Shown: positions 18,522 to 26,962, numbered from the stretch's first letter. The stretch: DNA of 28,721 nucleotides from a virus (IMGVR_UViG_3300016654_000294:1-28721); one strand, 5' to 3'. The notes: a model not told the origin generated them from the sequence alone. Numbers and translations: made by a program.

Positions 18522-19766
18522 ATGTCCGACACCACCCACGACCTACTAAAACAGGTCTCCGTCGAGCTGGAGCGTGCCTCCAGCGCCTTCAGCAAACAAG
18601 CCGAAGAGGCCATGAGCGAAGCGCGCAAGGCAGGCGGTCTATCGGAACAAACCAAGGCCACCGTCGATGAACTGGCGCTGAAATTCAACAGCCTGACCGA
18701 AGCCGAAATCCAGCTCAAAACCCGCCTCGGCGAGATCGAGCAGGAGTTCGCCCGACTGCCCAGCCCAACGGCAATCGCCCCTCAGGACAGCCTCGGCACC
18801 AGCGTCGTCAAAAGCGAGGCTCTCAAAGCCTTCGCCGCCAGCGTCGAAGGCGGCAAGCGCATCAGTATTCCGGTGAACGCAGCGCTTCTGTCGACGGATA
18901 TTCCCGCCGGTGTGATTGAGCCTATGCGCCTTCCCGGCATCGACGCTTTACCCAAACAACGCCTGTTTATCCGCGACTTGATTGCCCCAGGCCGAACCAC
19001 CGCGCCTGCGATTTTCTGGGTCCAACAAACCGGCTTCACCAACGCCGCCGCTGCTGTGCCGGAAGGGCAAACCAAGCCCTATTCGGACATCCAGTTCGGC
19101 ATCAAAATCACCGCCGTCTCCACCCTCGCGCACATGTTCAAAGCCGCCAAACAAATCCTTGATGACTTCACCCAACTGCAATCCACCATCGACATCGAAA
19201 TGCGCTACGGCCTCAAATACGTCGAGGAAGATGAGATCCTGTTCGGCGACGGCACCGGTGTCCACCTCCACGGCATAGTGCCCCAGGCCTCGGCATTCGC
19301 CCCGGCCTTTTCGGTGCAAGAGCAATCCGGCATCGATGACCTGCGCCTGGCAATGCTGCAAGCCCAACTCGCGCGACTGCCCTCCAGCGGCCATGTTCTG
19401 CACTTTATCGACTGGGCCAAGATCGAGCTGACCAAAGACACCTTGGGCCGCTACATCCTCGCCAATCCCCTGGGCCTCGCCGGGCCTGTGTTGTGGGGCC
19501 TGCCGGTGGTGGCGACCGAGGCCAGCGGGTTTGAAGGCAAGTTCCTGACCGGTGCCTTCCGCACCGGCGCGCAGTTGTTCGACCGCGAAGACGCCAACGT
19601 GGTGGTCAGCACCGAGAACGCGGACGACTTCGAGAAAAACCTGATCTCCATCCGCTGTGAAGAACGCGTCGCCCTGGCCGTGAAGCGCCCCGAGGCCTTT
19701 ATCCATGGCCCATTCACCGTGCCTGCGCCGCCTGAACCAGAAGGTCGCCGAGCCAAGGCTGCCTGA
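18522..19766 (+). CDS. Major capsid protein, HK97 family
   Basis: Coiled-coil delta domain, EEDEILFGDG, LWGLPVV, FEKNLISIRCEER.AL.V.RPEAF; AGGAGG RBS. Confidence 0.96.
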   Translation: MSDTTHDLLKQVSVELERASSAFSKQAEEAMSEARKAGGLSEQTKATVDELALKFNSLTEAEIQLKTRLGEIEQEFARLPSPTAIAPQDSLGTSVVKSEALKAFAASVEGGKRISIPVNAALLSTDIPAGVIEPMRLPGIDALPKQRLFIRDLIAPGRTTAPAIFWVQQTGFTNAAAAVPEGQTKPYSDIQFGIKITAVSTLAHMFKAAKQILDDFTQLQSTIDIEMRYGLKYVEEDEILFGDGTGVHLHGIVPQASAFAPAFSVQEQSGIDDLRLAMLQAQLARLPSSGHVLHFIDWAKIELTKDTLGRYILANPLGLAGPVLWGLPVVATEASGFEGKFLTGAFRTGAQLFDREDANVVVSTENADDFEKNLISIRCEERVALAVKRPEAFIHGPFTVPAPPEPEGRRAKAA

Positions 19767-19768
19767 TC

Positions 19769-20110
19769 ATGAGCGTGATCGACATTGAAACCGCGATGCT
19801 CCACTTACGAGCCGAACCGGTTGATCAGCCGCTGGTGCAACGCTATCTGGACGCAGCGGAAGACGCCGCGATGCAATACTTGCAGCGGCGCTTCTACGCC
19901 AACACATCAGACTTGGAACAGGCCGTTTTCGCGGGTGACGCTGGGCACGATCCTCTTCTGATCACTCCGTCGATTTTCGCTGCTTGTCTACTGATCCTGG
20001 GGCATTTTTACGACAGCCGCGTCGACCTGTTCAGCGAAACCGGCCGCACCGATTTACCCACCGGCTCGCGATCCTTGCTCGCACCTTTCCGCTGCAACCT
20101 GGGTGTGTGA
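19769..20110 (+). CDS. Head-tail connector (gp6-like)
   Basis: HLR...YLDAAE...ACLLILGHFY..R...SLLAPFR. Confidence 0.9.
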   Translation: MSVIDIETAMLHLRAEPVDQPLVQRYLDAAEDAAMQYLQRRFYANTSDLEQAVFAGDAGHDPLLITPSIFAACLLILGHFYDSRVDLFSETGRTDLPTGSRSLLAPFRCNLGV

Positions 20111-20433
20111 TGCGGGCCGGTCGCTTGCGCCATCGGGTAACGCTCCAACGCCTGACCCGTGTGCAAGACGATATCGGCGGATGGATCGAAATCTGGCTGG
20201 ACGTTGGCGAGACCTGGGCCGAGATCCGCCCGGTCTCCGGCAGAGCCTGGATGGCAGCTGCGCAGGAGCAACGCGAAGTCACGGCGGAAGTGTTGATCCG
20301 CCCGCGCCAGGGCATCGTCTCCGGCATGCGCGTGGTGAAGGGCGACACCTTCTACCTGATCGAAGCGGCCTTGCTGGATTACGCCCGATGCGAACTCAAG
20401 CTGATGTGCAAAACGGTGAAGGCCAATGCTTGA
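20110..20433 (+). CDS. Head closure / head-tail adaptor
   Basis: MRAGRLRHRVTLQ...WAEIRPVSGR...GMRV; TGATG overlap with the preceding gene. Confidence 0.9.
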   Translation: MRAGRLRHRVTLQRLTRVQDDIGGWIEIWLDVGETWAEIRPVSGRAWMAAAQEQREVTAEVLIRPRQGIVSGMRVVKGDTFYLIEAALLDYARCELKLMCKTVKANA

Positions 20434-20842
20434 TACCTCGCTACGCGTCATCGGCCTCGCAGAGCTGGAAACCGACTTCCAACGCCTCGCCAAAGCCACC
20501 TCCAACAAAGTGGTGCGCGATGCCACATTGGCCGGAGCCCGCGTAGCCCAGGACCGCACCCGCAAGAGCGCGCCCATCCGCAGCGGCAAACTGCAAAAAC
20601 ATATCGTTGCTAAACGCCTGCGTCAGCGGGACACACCGGGCGCCGCCGTGGCGGGTGTAAGCGTGAGGCGCCCGAAGAATTTCCGGGTGCCTTTCTACTG
20701 GCGCTTTCTGGAACTCGGCACGTCAAAGATGACCGCCAAACCCTTCATCCGTCCAACCTGGGACCGCAGTCTTCCTGATATCGAGGGCGCAGTGCGTAGC
20801 AAACTCGCCCAGGCCATCGATCAGGCGCTGTTAGCCCGATGA
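20426..20842 (+). CDS. HK97 gp10-family protein
   Basis: AP.RSGKL...FYWRFLELGTSKM.AKPFIRP. Confidence 0.9.
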   Translation: MLDTSLRVIGLAELETDFQRLAKATSNKVVRDATLAGARVAQDRTRKSAPIRSGKLQKHIVAKRLRQRDTPGAAVAGVSVRRPKNFRVPFYWRFLELGTSKMTAKPFIRPTWDRSLPDIEGAVRSKLAQAIDQALLAR

Positions 20843-20922
20843 TCGAAGCCGCCATCGCCGCCCGCATTGGCACGCTGGCAGACGGTCGCGTCTACCCGGA
20901 AATCGCCCCAGCCGACGCCGCG
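20839..20922 (+). pseudogene. 5' fragment of the tail-completion gene (DUF3168-like)
   Basis: MIEAAIAARIGTLADGRVYPEIAPADA at the expected position, after which the similarity ends. Confidence 0.7.
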
Positions 20923-21082
20923 TCACTCCGCCAGCATCGGCCCCGGCTACGTGCGACGCGGCGCGCTGATGGACATCAACCTCTGGGGCCAGAACCTGTT
21001 CCGCTTCTTCACCTACACCGAGGTCACGCCGCTACGGCTGACACCCCCAACCCTGCTGGTGGCGGACGTGACGCACTACTGA
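20923..21082 (+). pseudogene. 3' fragment of a probable tail-tip accessory gene
   Basis: A different frame reads ...GYVRRGALMDINLWGQ...PTLLVADVTHY* and stops right at the endolysin RBS. Confidence 0.5.
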
Positions 21083-21093
21083 GGGCTATCGAC

Positions 21094-21645
21094 ATGAACA
21101 TCACCGAGCAACAGCTGCAGCAAATCTTCCCCAACGCCCGTGAACAAGCGGGCGTTTTTGTGTCGGTGCTGAATGACGCCATGGGGCGACGGGAGATCAA
21201 TACGAGGCAACGGCATGCGGCGTTCCTGGCGCAGATTGGGCATGAGTCGGGGCAGCTGCGGTATGTGCGGGAGCGGGGGAGTGATCGGTATCTGAGTCGG
21301 TATGACACCGGGGCGCTGGCGAGGCTGCTGGGCAATACGCCGGAGGCTGATGGGGATGGTCAGCGGTATCGGGGGCGGGGGCTGATTCAGATAACGGGCC
21401 GACGGAATTACCTCAAATGCAGCTTGGCGTTGTTTGAAGATCTGCGCCTGCTCAAGCAGCCAGAGTTGCTGGAGCAGCCGCAATGGGCGGCAGAGTCGGC
21501 GGCTTGGTATTGGTGGGCGAATGGGTTGAATGTGTTGGCGGATCAGGATGACTTCACTGGGATTACTCGGCGTATCAATGGAGGAACGAATGGATTGGAG
21601 GCGCGTATCGAGCTGTGGATCTGGGCGAGGGCGGTGTTGTGTTGA
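21094..21645 (+). CDS. Glycoside hydrolase family 19 endolysin
   Basis: AAFLAQIGHESG, LGN...GDG.RYRGRGLIQITGR.NY, ITRRINGGTNGL; own GAGGG RBS and ATG at 21094. Confidence 0.93.
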   Translation: MNITEQQLQQIFPNAREQAGVFVSVLNDAMGRREINTRQRHAAFLAQIGHESGQLRYVRERGSDRYLSRYDTGALARLLGNTPEADGDGQRYRGRGLIQITGRRNYLKCSLALFEDLRLLKQPELLEQPQWAAESAAWYWWANGLNVLADQDDFTGITRRINGGTNGLEARIELWIWARAVLC

Positions 21646-22175
21646 ATGTGCGTGTCGCGGTTCTGGTCGTTTTGTTTGTCGTCGGCGCTGCTGGTGGTTG
21701 GCAAATCCAGGCTTGGCGGTATGAGCGGCAACTGGCAGATCAAGCACGGCTCCACGCTGAAACGCTCAAAGAACTGGCCTTCGCCTCATCGTCGCAACAG
21801 CGTAGCGAGGTCGACAAACGCTACGCCCTGGAGCTGCGACTGCAAACCAACGACCAAATCCACCAGAGGGCTTTGACCGATGCAAAACAGCGCCAAGCAC
21901 GCCTTATGGATCGCCTCGCTACCGCTGATTTGCGGCTGTCAGTCATCCTCGCCCAGCCGCCCTTTGCCGGAGGTGATGCAGTGCCTGCCACCACCGGCAC
22001 CGGCGGCGTGGTTTATGGAGATGAGAGAGCCGAACTTGACCGAGCGTTTGCTCAACGAATTGTCCGCATCGCCCAAGAAGGGGATGAGGGATTGATTGCG
22101 TTGGGGGCGTGTCAGGCATATGTGAACATGCTGCGTGACAATACTGCTCGATATCAATCTGCACCTGGGCTCTAG
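21642..22175 (+). CDS. i-spanin (Rz-like)
   Basis: N-terminal TM helix, coiled coil, LRLSV...RAELD...GDEGLIAL.ACQAYV; exact start uncertain. Confidence 0.85.
   Translation: MNVRVAVLVVLFVVGAAGGWQIQAWRYERQLADQARLHAETLKELAFASSSQQRSEVDKRYALELRLQTNDQIHQRALTDAKQRQARLMDRLATADLRLSVILAQPPFAGGDAVPATTGTGGVVYGDERAELDRAFAQRIVRIAQEGDEGLIALGACQAYVNMLRDNTARYQSAPGL
21880..22095 (+). CDS. o-spanin (Rz1-like lipoprotein) embedded in Rz
   Basis: Signal peptide with lipobox ICGC; Pro-rich; nested in the +1 frame; GAGGGG RBS. Confidence 0.8.
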   Translation: MQNSAKHALWIASLPLICGCQSSSPSRPLPEVMQCLPPPAPAAWFMEMREPNLTERLLNELSASPKKGMRD

Positions 22176-22987
22176 CCGTACCTTGAAATCATCAACGATG
22201 TGTTGCAATGCTTACTTGCACCGTCAAGATCCGGAAATAATGAAAGATGGTTGACATTCATTCTATTTAAAGACTTAAGGGCAGTGAGTCGGTCAAAAGA
22301 TGGAATGTATATCTTTAACAGGCAGGCTCCATTTGCTGAAGAGTCATCATAATTTTCGCGTACCCATTCATCTACGGTTACAAAGTCAGGTGTCCTAGTA
22401 AATAGCCCTCTTTGGCTAATTAGACGAGGATTTTCATCTGTAAATGGACGGACGAATTGGATGCAGCCCATATTGTTTACGTCATCAGACTTAGGGGCTT
22501 TCAGTAAGAGTGCGTTTTTTCTTTCGCATGAAGTACGGCTCAATGCGTAAATTACGACTGACTCGTCAAACTCATTGAACTCGGGTAGAAATGCAAAATA
22601 GGCGGAAACAAAAGGCGATTCAGACCAGTCTAGGAGTGGCGTGAGTAAGCCATGATGCTGGCCCAACGCCCACCAATCATTTTCGCACATTTCAAGTTTT
22701 GGATTTGCTCCTCTTCTTCCACGTGTAGCGTGCTTGAATTTTTCAAGATGCTCTACTCTTCTGTCTTTTCCAGGTTTGAACTTTCCTTCGTCCGCCAAAA
22801 TACGATCAATTGTAGGTTCTAGTTTCCAGTCTGCCCGTGCGTGTCCACGGAAAATATATGAATCGTAATCAACTAGGCGTTGATCAACAAATGATGTAAA
22901 TCCATTCCAGGATTCACAATGAATCTCTCTCGTTCCTGATATGACCTTTGTGGAGGTCCAGCCCTGTCCTTTTAGTTTCTTATCCAT
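22172..22987 (-). CDS. FRG domain protein
   Basis: FRGH...W.LEPTIDR, QHHGLLTPLLDWSESP, NPRLISQRGLF, SLFPDLDG. Confidence 0.92.
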   Translation of the reverse strand: MDKKLKGQGWTSTKVISGTREIHCESWNGFTSFVDQRLVDYDSYIFRGHARADWKLEPTIDRILADEGKFKPGKDRRVEHLEKFKHATRGRRGANPKLEMCENDWWALGQHHGLLTPLLDWSESPFVSAYFAFLPEFNEFDESVVIYALSRTSCERKNALLLKAPKSDDVNNMGCIQFVRPFTDENPRLISQRGLFTRTPDFVTVDEWVRENYDDSSANGACLLKIYIPSFDRLTALKSLNRMNVNHLSLFPDLDGASKHCNTSLMISRYG

Positions 22988-23173
22988 AAGGCTTCTCTGT
23001 AGAGATATTTATAATTAAATCGAGTTTAAGTTTTTGCTTTTTCTGTTGGTCTGAAATTAGTGTTTTTAGACTTGGGTGAATTAATACTTTGTTCTCCATC
23101 CATTCTCGCAGATCGAGGCAGGCACACCCAGTGCGAGCCTATCATCCACATCTACACGCAGAGAAGGCTTTCC

Positions 23174-23968
23174 ATGACCAATCCCATCATCCCCTGGATG
23201 GGCGGAAAACGCCGCCTGGCCGACCGCCTCATCCCCCTGTTCCCGCCCCACGAGTGCTACGTCGAAGTCTTCGCCGGCAGCGCTGCCTTGTTCTTCCTCC
23301 GCCCCCAACCCGCACCTGTTGAAGTCCTCAACGACATCAACGGCGATCTCGTGTGCCTGTACCGCGTCGTACAGAACCACCTGGAAGAATTCGTCCGCCA
23401 ATTCAAGTGGGCGCTCAGCTCACGGCAGGTATTCGAATGGCAAAAGATGACCCGCCCGGAAACCCTCACCGATATCCAACGTGCGGCTCGATTCTTCTAC
23501 CTCCAACACCATGCCTTCGCTGCCAAAGTCTCCTGCCAGACCTTCGGCACGGCAACAACAGCTGCTCCGATCAACCTGCTACGAATCGAAGAAAACCTCT
23601 CCGCCGCCTGGCAGCGGCTAGCGGGAACCTACGTGGAAAACCTGCCATGGCTCGACTGCGCCCGACGCTACGACCGGCCACATACCTTCCACTACATGGA
23701 CCCACCGTATTGGCAGGTTGCAGGCTACGGTGTGGAGTTTCCCTTTGATCAATACGAGCAGATGGCCGAGTTCATGCGTCGGTGCGAGGGGAGGGTGATG
23801 GTCAGCATCAACGACCATCCGGACATCCGTCGGGCGTTTGATGGCTTTCACTTTGAGACGCTGGATGTTCGATACACCTCAGCTAACCAGCGCCAGGCGA
23901 CGACAGAACCGACCGGTGAGCTGGTGATCATGAACTGGGAGCCTGAGGTGCTGGGTGGCTTGTTTTGA
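23174..23968 (+). CDS. Orphan DNA adenine methyltransferase (D12/Dam class)
   Basis: PWMGGKRRL, YVEVFAG, EVLNDIN, DPPY. Confidence 0.93.
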   Translation: MTNPIIPWMGGKRRLADRLIPLFPPHECYVEVFAGSAALFFLRPQPAPVEVLNDINGDLVCLYRVVQNHLEEFVRQFKWALSSRQVFEWQKMTRPETLTDIQRAARFFYLQHHAFAAKVSCQTFGTATTAAPINLLRIEENLSAAWQRLAGTYVENLPWLDCARRYDRPHTFHYMDPPYWQVAGYGVEFPFDQYEQMAEFMRRCEGRVMVSINDHPDIRRAFDGFHFETLDVRYTSANQRQATTEPTGELVIMNWEPEVLGGLF

Positions 23969-23981
23969 ACCAAGCACAAAT

Positions 23982-24014
23982 CGGATAGCCGCTCTGTGGC
24001 GACACGGCTATCCG
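23982..24014. terminator. Stem-loop between convergent genes
   Basis: Perfect 10-bp stem CGGATAGCCG / CGGCTATCCG. Confidence 0.55.
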
Positions 24015-24027
24015 GGTTGGGTTGCTG

Positions 24028-24276
24028 TCAGTTTGCAGATGGGCTTTCTCGCTCCAGCACCATGTCGATCAGGAGTCGAGCGTTCTCAACCAGTTGAACG
24101 ACACCGAAGGCTTGCTGACGTTGTGCGTCATTCAACTCGAAGACGCATTTGTAGGCGAGCGCGGTGGCTGATTGGAGAAACTCACTGGCGTGAACGAGCG
24201 CTTTTTCGGTGGTGATATCCGAGCGGACGTTGAAAAGGCCCTGTGAGGTATCTGCGTTGTTGTCGTTGGTGTTCAT
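24028..24276 (-). CDS. DUF3077-like small protein
   Basis: LFNVR.DI..EKAL.HASEFL..A...ARLLID; GGAGG RBS. Confidence 0.7.
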   Translation of the reverse strand: MNTNDNNADTSQGLFNVRSDITTEKALVHASEFLQSATALAYKCVFELNDAQRQQAFGVVQLVENARLLIDMVLERESPSAN

Positions 24277-24428
24277 ACGCGAACCTCCCGTTGCGGGTGG
24301 CGGTTTTTAACGCGGGCGGGTGGGTATTTCAGTCGGCTGAATAGGCCGACGGAAAATTCCGATATGTGTAACGAAGTATTGATTAGACGTAATGGGCGGC
24401 GGCCTTGCGTGAAAGGGGGATAAGTCAT
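24273..24428 (-). CDS. Putative 51-aa leader ORF under C4 control
   Basis: GAGGG RBS overlapped by a C4 target site; ATGA coupling to the next gene. Confidence 0.45.
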   Translation of the reverse strand: MTYPPFTQGRRPLRLINTSLHISEFSVGLFSRLKYPPARVKNRHPQREVRV

Positions 24429-24483
24429 CTCTATACCCTCGGACAGTGATAACCCTGTCACCCGCCGTTCTGACACGGGATGG

Positions 24484-24563
24484 GTGGCAGACCGTACGGG
24501 GGTCAGAAAACCGGCGTCCGAGGGAACCGGCCAGGCCGAAGCCTGCCCCGCACGGCCCGCCAT
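24484..24563 (-). ncRNA. C4-type antisense RNA
   Basis: Folds into a long stem with two hairpins; unpaired UCGGAC and UUCUGAC segments are complementary to sites both upstream and downstream; also translates as an Ash-like peptide. Confidence 0.85.
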
Positions 24564-24622
24564 AGCAATGCAGCGGCAAGATGCTGATGCACCTGGCTGC
24601 TAGAGAAGGGCGTTACCGCGCT

Positions 24623-24703
24623 TCGGACGTTCGGGGTTCTGACTCCCGGTCACAGGATGGCTGTGACATTTGGTAAGGTACCGTTGTGAACTGAGAGCAT
24701 CAA
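24623..24703 (-). promoter_or_regulatory. Promoter and upstream C4 target (a1/b1-like) leader
   Basis: TTGATG-N17-TACCTT (24703-24675); hairpins carrying GTCAGAA (24643-24637) and CGTCCGA (24629-24623). Confidence 0.75.
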
Positions 24704-24875
24704 GGGGTCGCTTCGCCGCGATGTCACCAGGAGACAGAAGACGGCAATTTAATGAATGTCGTAATGCGTTTCTAACGTATATTGAGGGTCTTTTTGTAGT
24801 GGCGAATATAGGTCAGAATGCTGAGTAAATTCTTCAGGCAGAGCTGAAAATTTCGCGATTAGATAAAAGCGCTAA

Positions 24876-25721
24876 CTAGGCTTCGGTATCCAATGAAGGT
24901 AAAACCGACTTGCCCATTATGGCAAAAATTTTTCTCATGCGTTCTTGATGTTGGCGATTCGACTCAATTGCTGCAAGATCATTTGCATCCTCGACGTGAG
25001 GATTGAATTCATCGGCAATTATCATTGCATGCTCCGCGCGTAAGAGCATCTCGTCAAACATATTTAAATTTATGTTTAACCAGTTAACAAACTCAGGATA
25101 GCTTTCAATTATATCTTCTCCTGTGCGAATTTCGAGAAGGGATTTTACACTCATTGGGTACTTGTTTTCTTTCGCTTTCTCAATTGCAAAGAAGATCATT
25201 CCTATGAAAAGTTGTCCGCTAAACATGAAATTGTAATCAAACACATCACCTCTTAAGCCGTATTTTATACGAATAGGCTTCGAGTGTGAAAAGTATCGTT
25301 TTGCGAGTAAGTCCGCTCGAGCTTCATACGCCTTGAGCATTTCAACTTGCACGATATTTTTAGTTCGCTGTTTTAGAGCAGAAAATTGAACCAGTTCTAC
25401 ATTTGTTTTGTGGGCTGCAGCGATTGCTCCACTTTGAAAGCCTTTTTCTGAAATTAGGAAACCCTTATCGGCGCCAACTTCGTCGACGATAGTTCTAAGG
25501 GCTAAAACCTTTTCCTTAGGTATTTTGCTTTTCCAATATTTTGCTTCAATTACCCATTTTATATCAGCACCTAAAAATTTCGTAAGCACCAATATGTCTA
25601 TATCATGTTTGGTTCTGATCCCTTCAACTGAGATATTTGTTTGAGCTATCGCTCCTAGACTTCTGAAATGTTCTGCGATTAACTCTTGGAACTCGTACCA
25701 CTTTTTAGATTTGATCATCAC
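24876..25721 (-). CDS. Mrr-like PD-(D/E)XK restriction endonuclease domain protein
   Basis: FQELIAEHF...DIDIL...IEAKYW...ADKGFLISEKGFQSGA, followed by an unassigned helical C-terminal half. Confidence 0.85.
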   Translation of the reverse strand: MMIKSKKWYEFQELIAEHFRSLGAIAQTNISVEGIRTKHDIDILVLTKFLGADIKWVIEAKYWKSKIPKEKVLALRTIVDEVGADKGFLISEKGFQSGAIAAAHKTNVELVQFSALKQRTKNIVQVEMLKAYEARADLLAKRYFSHSKPIRIKYGLRGDVFDYNFMFSGQLFIGMIFFAIEKAKENKYPMSVKSLLEIRTGEDIIESYPEFVNWLNINLNMFDEMLLRAEHAMIIADEFNPHVEDANDLAAIESNRQHQERMRKIFAIMGKSVLPSLDTEA

Positions 25722-25781
25722 TCGTCTCGTGTTGATTATAGCCAGGCGTCAGCCATACTCGTTACAATAGAATGTATTGAG

Positions 25782-26425
25782 TTAGAGATGTTTAGATTTG
25801 TCACTAGCTATTTTTCTGACGAGAGAAATAGCTGCGCTAATTCCAGTGTGTGAAAGGTTATAGTGCACTTTTTCTTTATTTAAATGGGCTTCGAAGTGGG
25901 GGCTAAACCGTTGGTTGAAAAACCTACTGACGTTATTTTTGTCAATAGGTAAGGACTTGTCTCCTTTTATCCTAAGACTGGGTATGTTTAGCTGTGCATT
26001 TTTTGCAATTTGTGTTGTTGTGAGTGGCGGTGAGCCATTCTTGTGGTCAATCAACATCGATATTAAAAGTGCTTGCTCTAGTGGCAAGAAATCAGTCGCG
26101 TCAGAGATCTCGCAATTAAACGGAATTAACTGAGAGTTATTAGCTAAATGACTTGCAGTTAACTTAATGTAGCTAAACAAAGACAGCTCGTTAAAAATGA
26201 TTTTGGCAAGATCCCGGATTCCATTGAGTTCCATTGAGTTTTGAATTTCATTTTTTCTCTCAAACTCGGCGAAACTCATGGGGGCGTCAGATCTGTTTCT
26301 TTTTTTATTTCTTTGATATCTAGTGTCCAAGCTGCTTTCTATATATAGCACTTCAAGATCAACGCCTGAGAGTTCTTCTTGTAAAATTCTAATTTCTTGT
26401 GGCGAGCGGAAGCCCGTTGTCAGAG
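25782..26425 (-). pseudogene. Probable 5'-truncated nucleotide-kinase-like protein with a C-terminal wHTH-like domain
   Basis: GFRSPQEI...VLYIES..DTRYQR..KR.RSD resembles the C-terminal half of NMP/dephospho-CoA kinases; no P-loop was found upstream. Confidence 0.5.
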
Positions 26426-26962
26426 TGAGATATATTAGGTAGGAATGAGTTGCTTTGTTCATTTGCAGGCTGCGTGATATTCGTTGCGCCATCTTCTAAG
26501 CGCAGAGATTCTTGGCTAACATTTTTTAGAGTTCCATATGGACTAGGGGTAAGCATTCGGCGCTCCGGTAATACCTTGATTTCTATTGCACGGGTGCCAA
26601 AATTATTGGTCTTTGACAGTACTTTAGGTCAGCTGTTATGGCGTTGCGGGATGGTGATAGGTGTTTTGAATATAGAGATGGTGGGATGCTTTTTAGACAT
26701 TTCCCACCGTGCATATGGTTTACGTGCATTTGCGCCTCCATATCATTCCATTGTTCAACGCCATCCTTACTCCGGTAAACGAGCATCGTACTATCGCCCA
26801 TCATCGCCTTTTGCCATCTGGATTGCTACCTATGCTAGGTTTACCAAGGGTTCTCATTCAAAACGTCCGGCTAGGTCTGCGTTCCCCTGACCAGGAGGCA
26901 TCCATTGAGCAAACGCTGATACCTAGTGCCGCAGCTTACCTAGAAAGTGAAATTGAGATGGT

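Noticed and set aside
10254-20589. Long antisense or alternative-frame ORFs (e.g. 10254..11210, 14103..14879, 18948..19706)
   Set aside because: Shadow ORFs of GC-rich structural genes, with no recognisable motifs.
20839-21645. A genuine 268-aa endolysin with an N-terminal extension
   Set aside because: Better explained as a deletion artefact; the GH19 domain has its own RBS and ATG at 21094.
24429-24563. Ash-like protein starting at 24563
   Set aside because: The sequence is explained by the C4 RNA structure; the clear RBS precedes ATG 24428.
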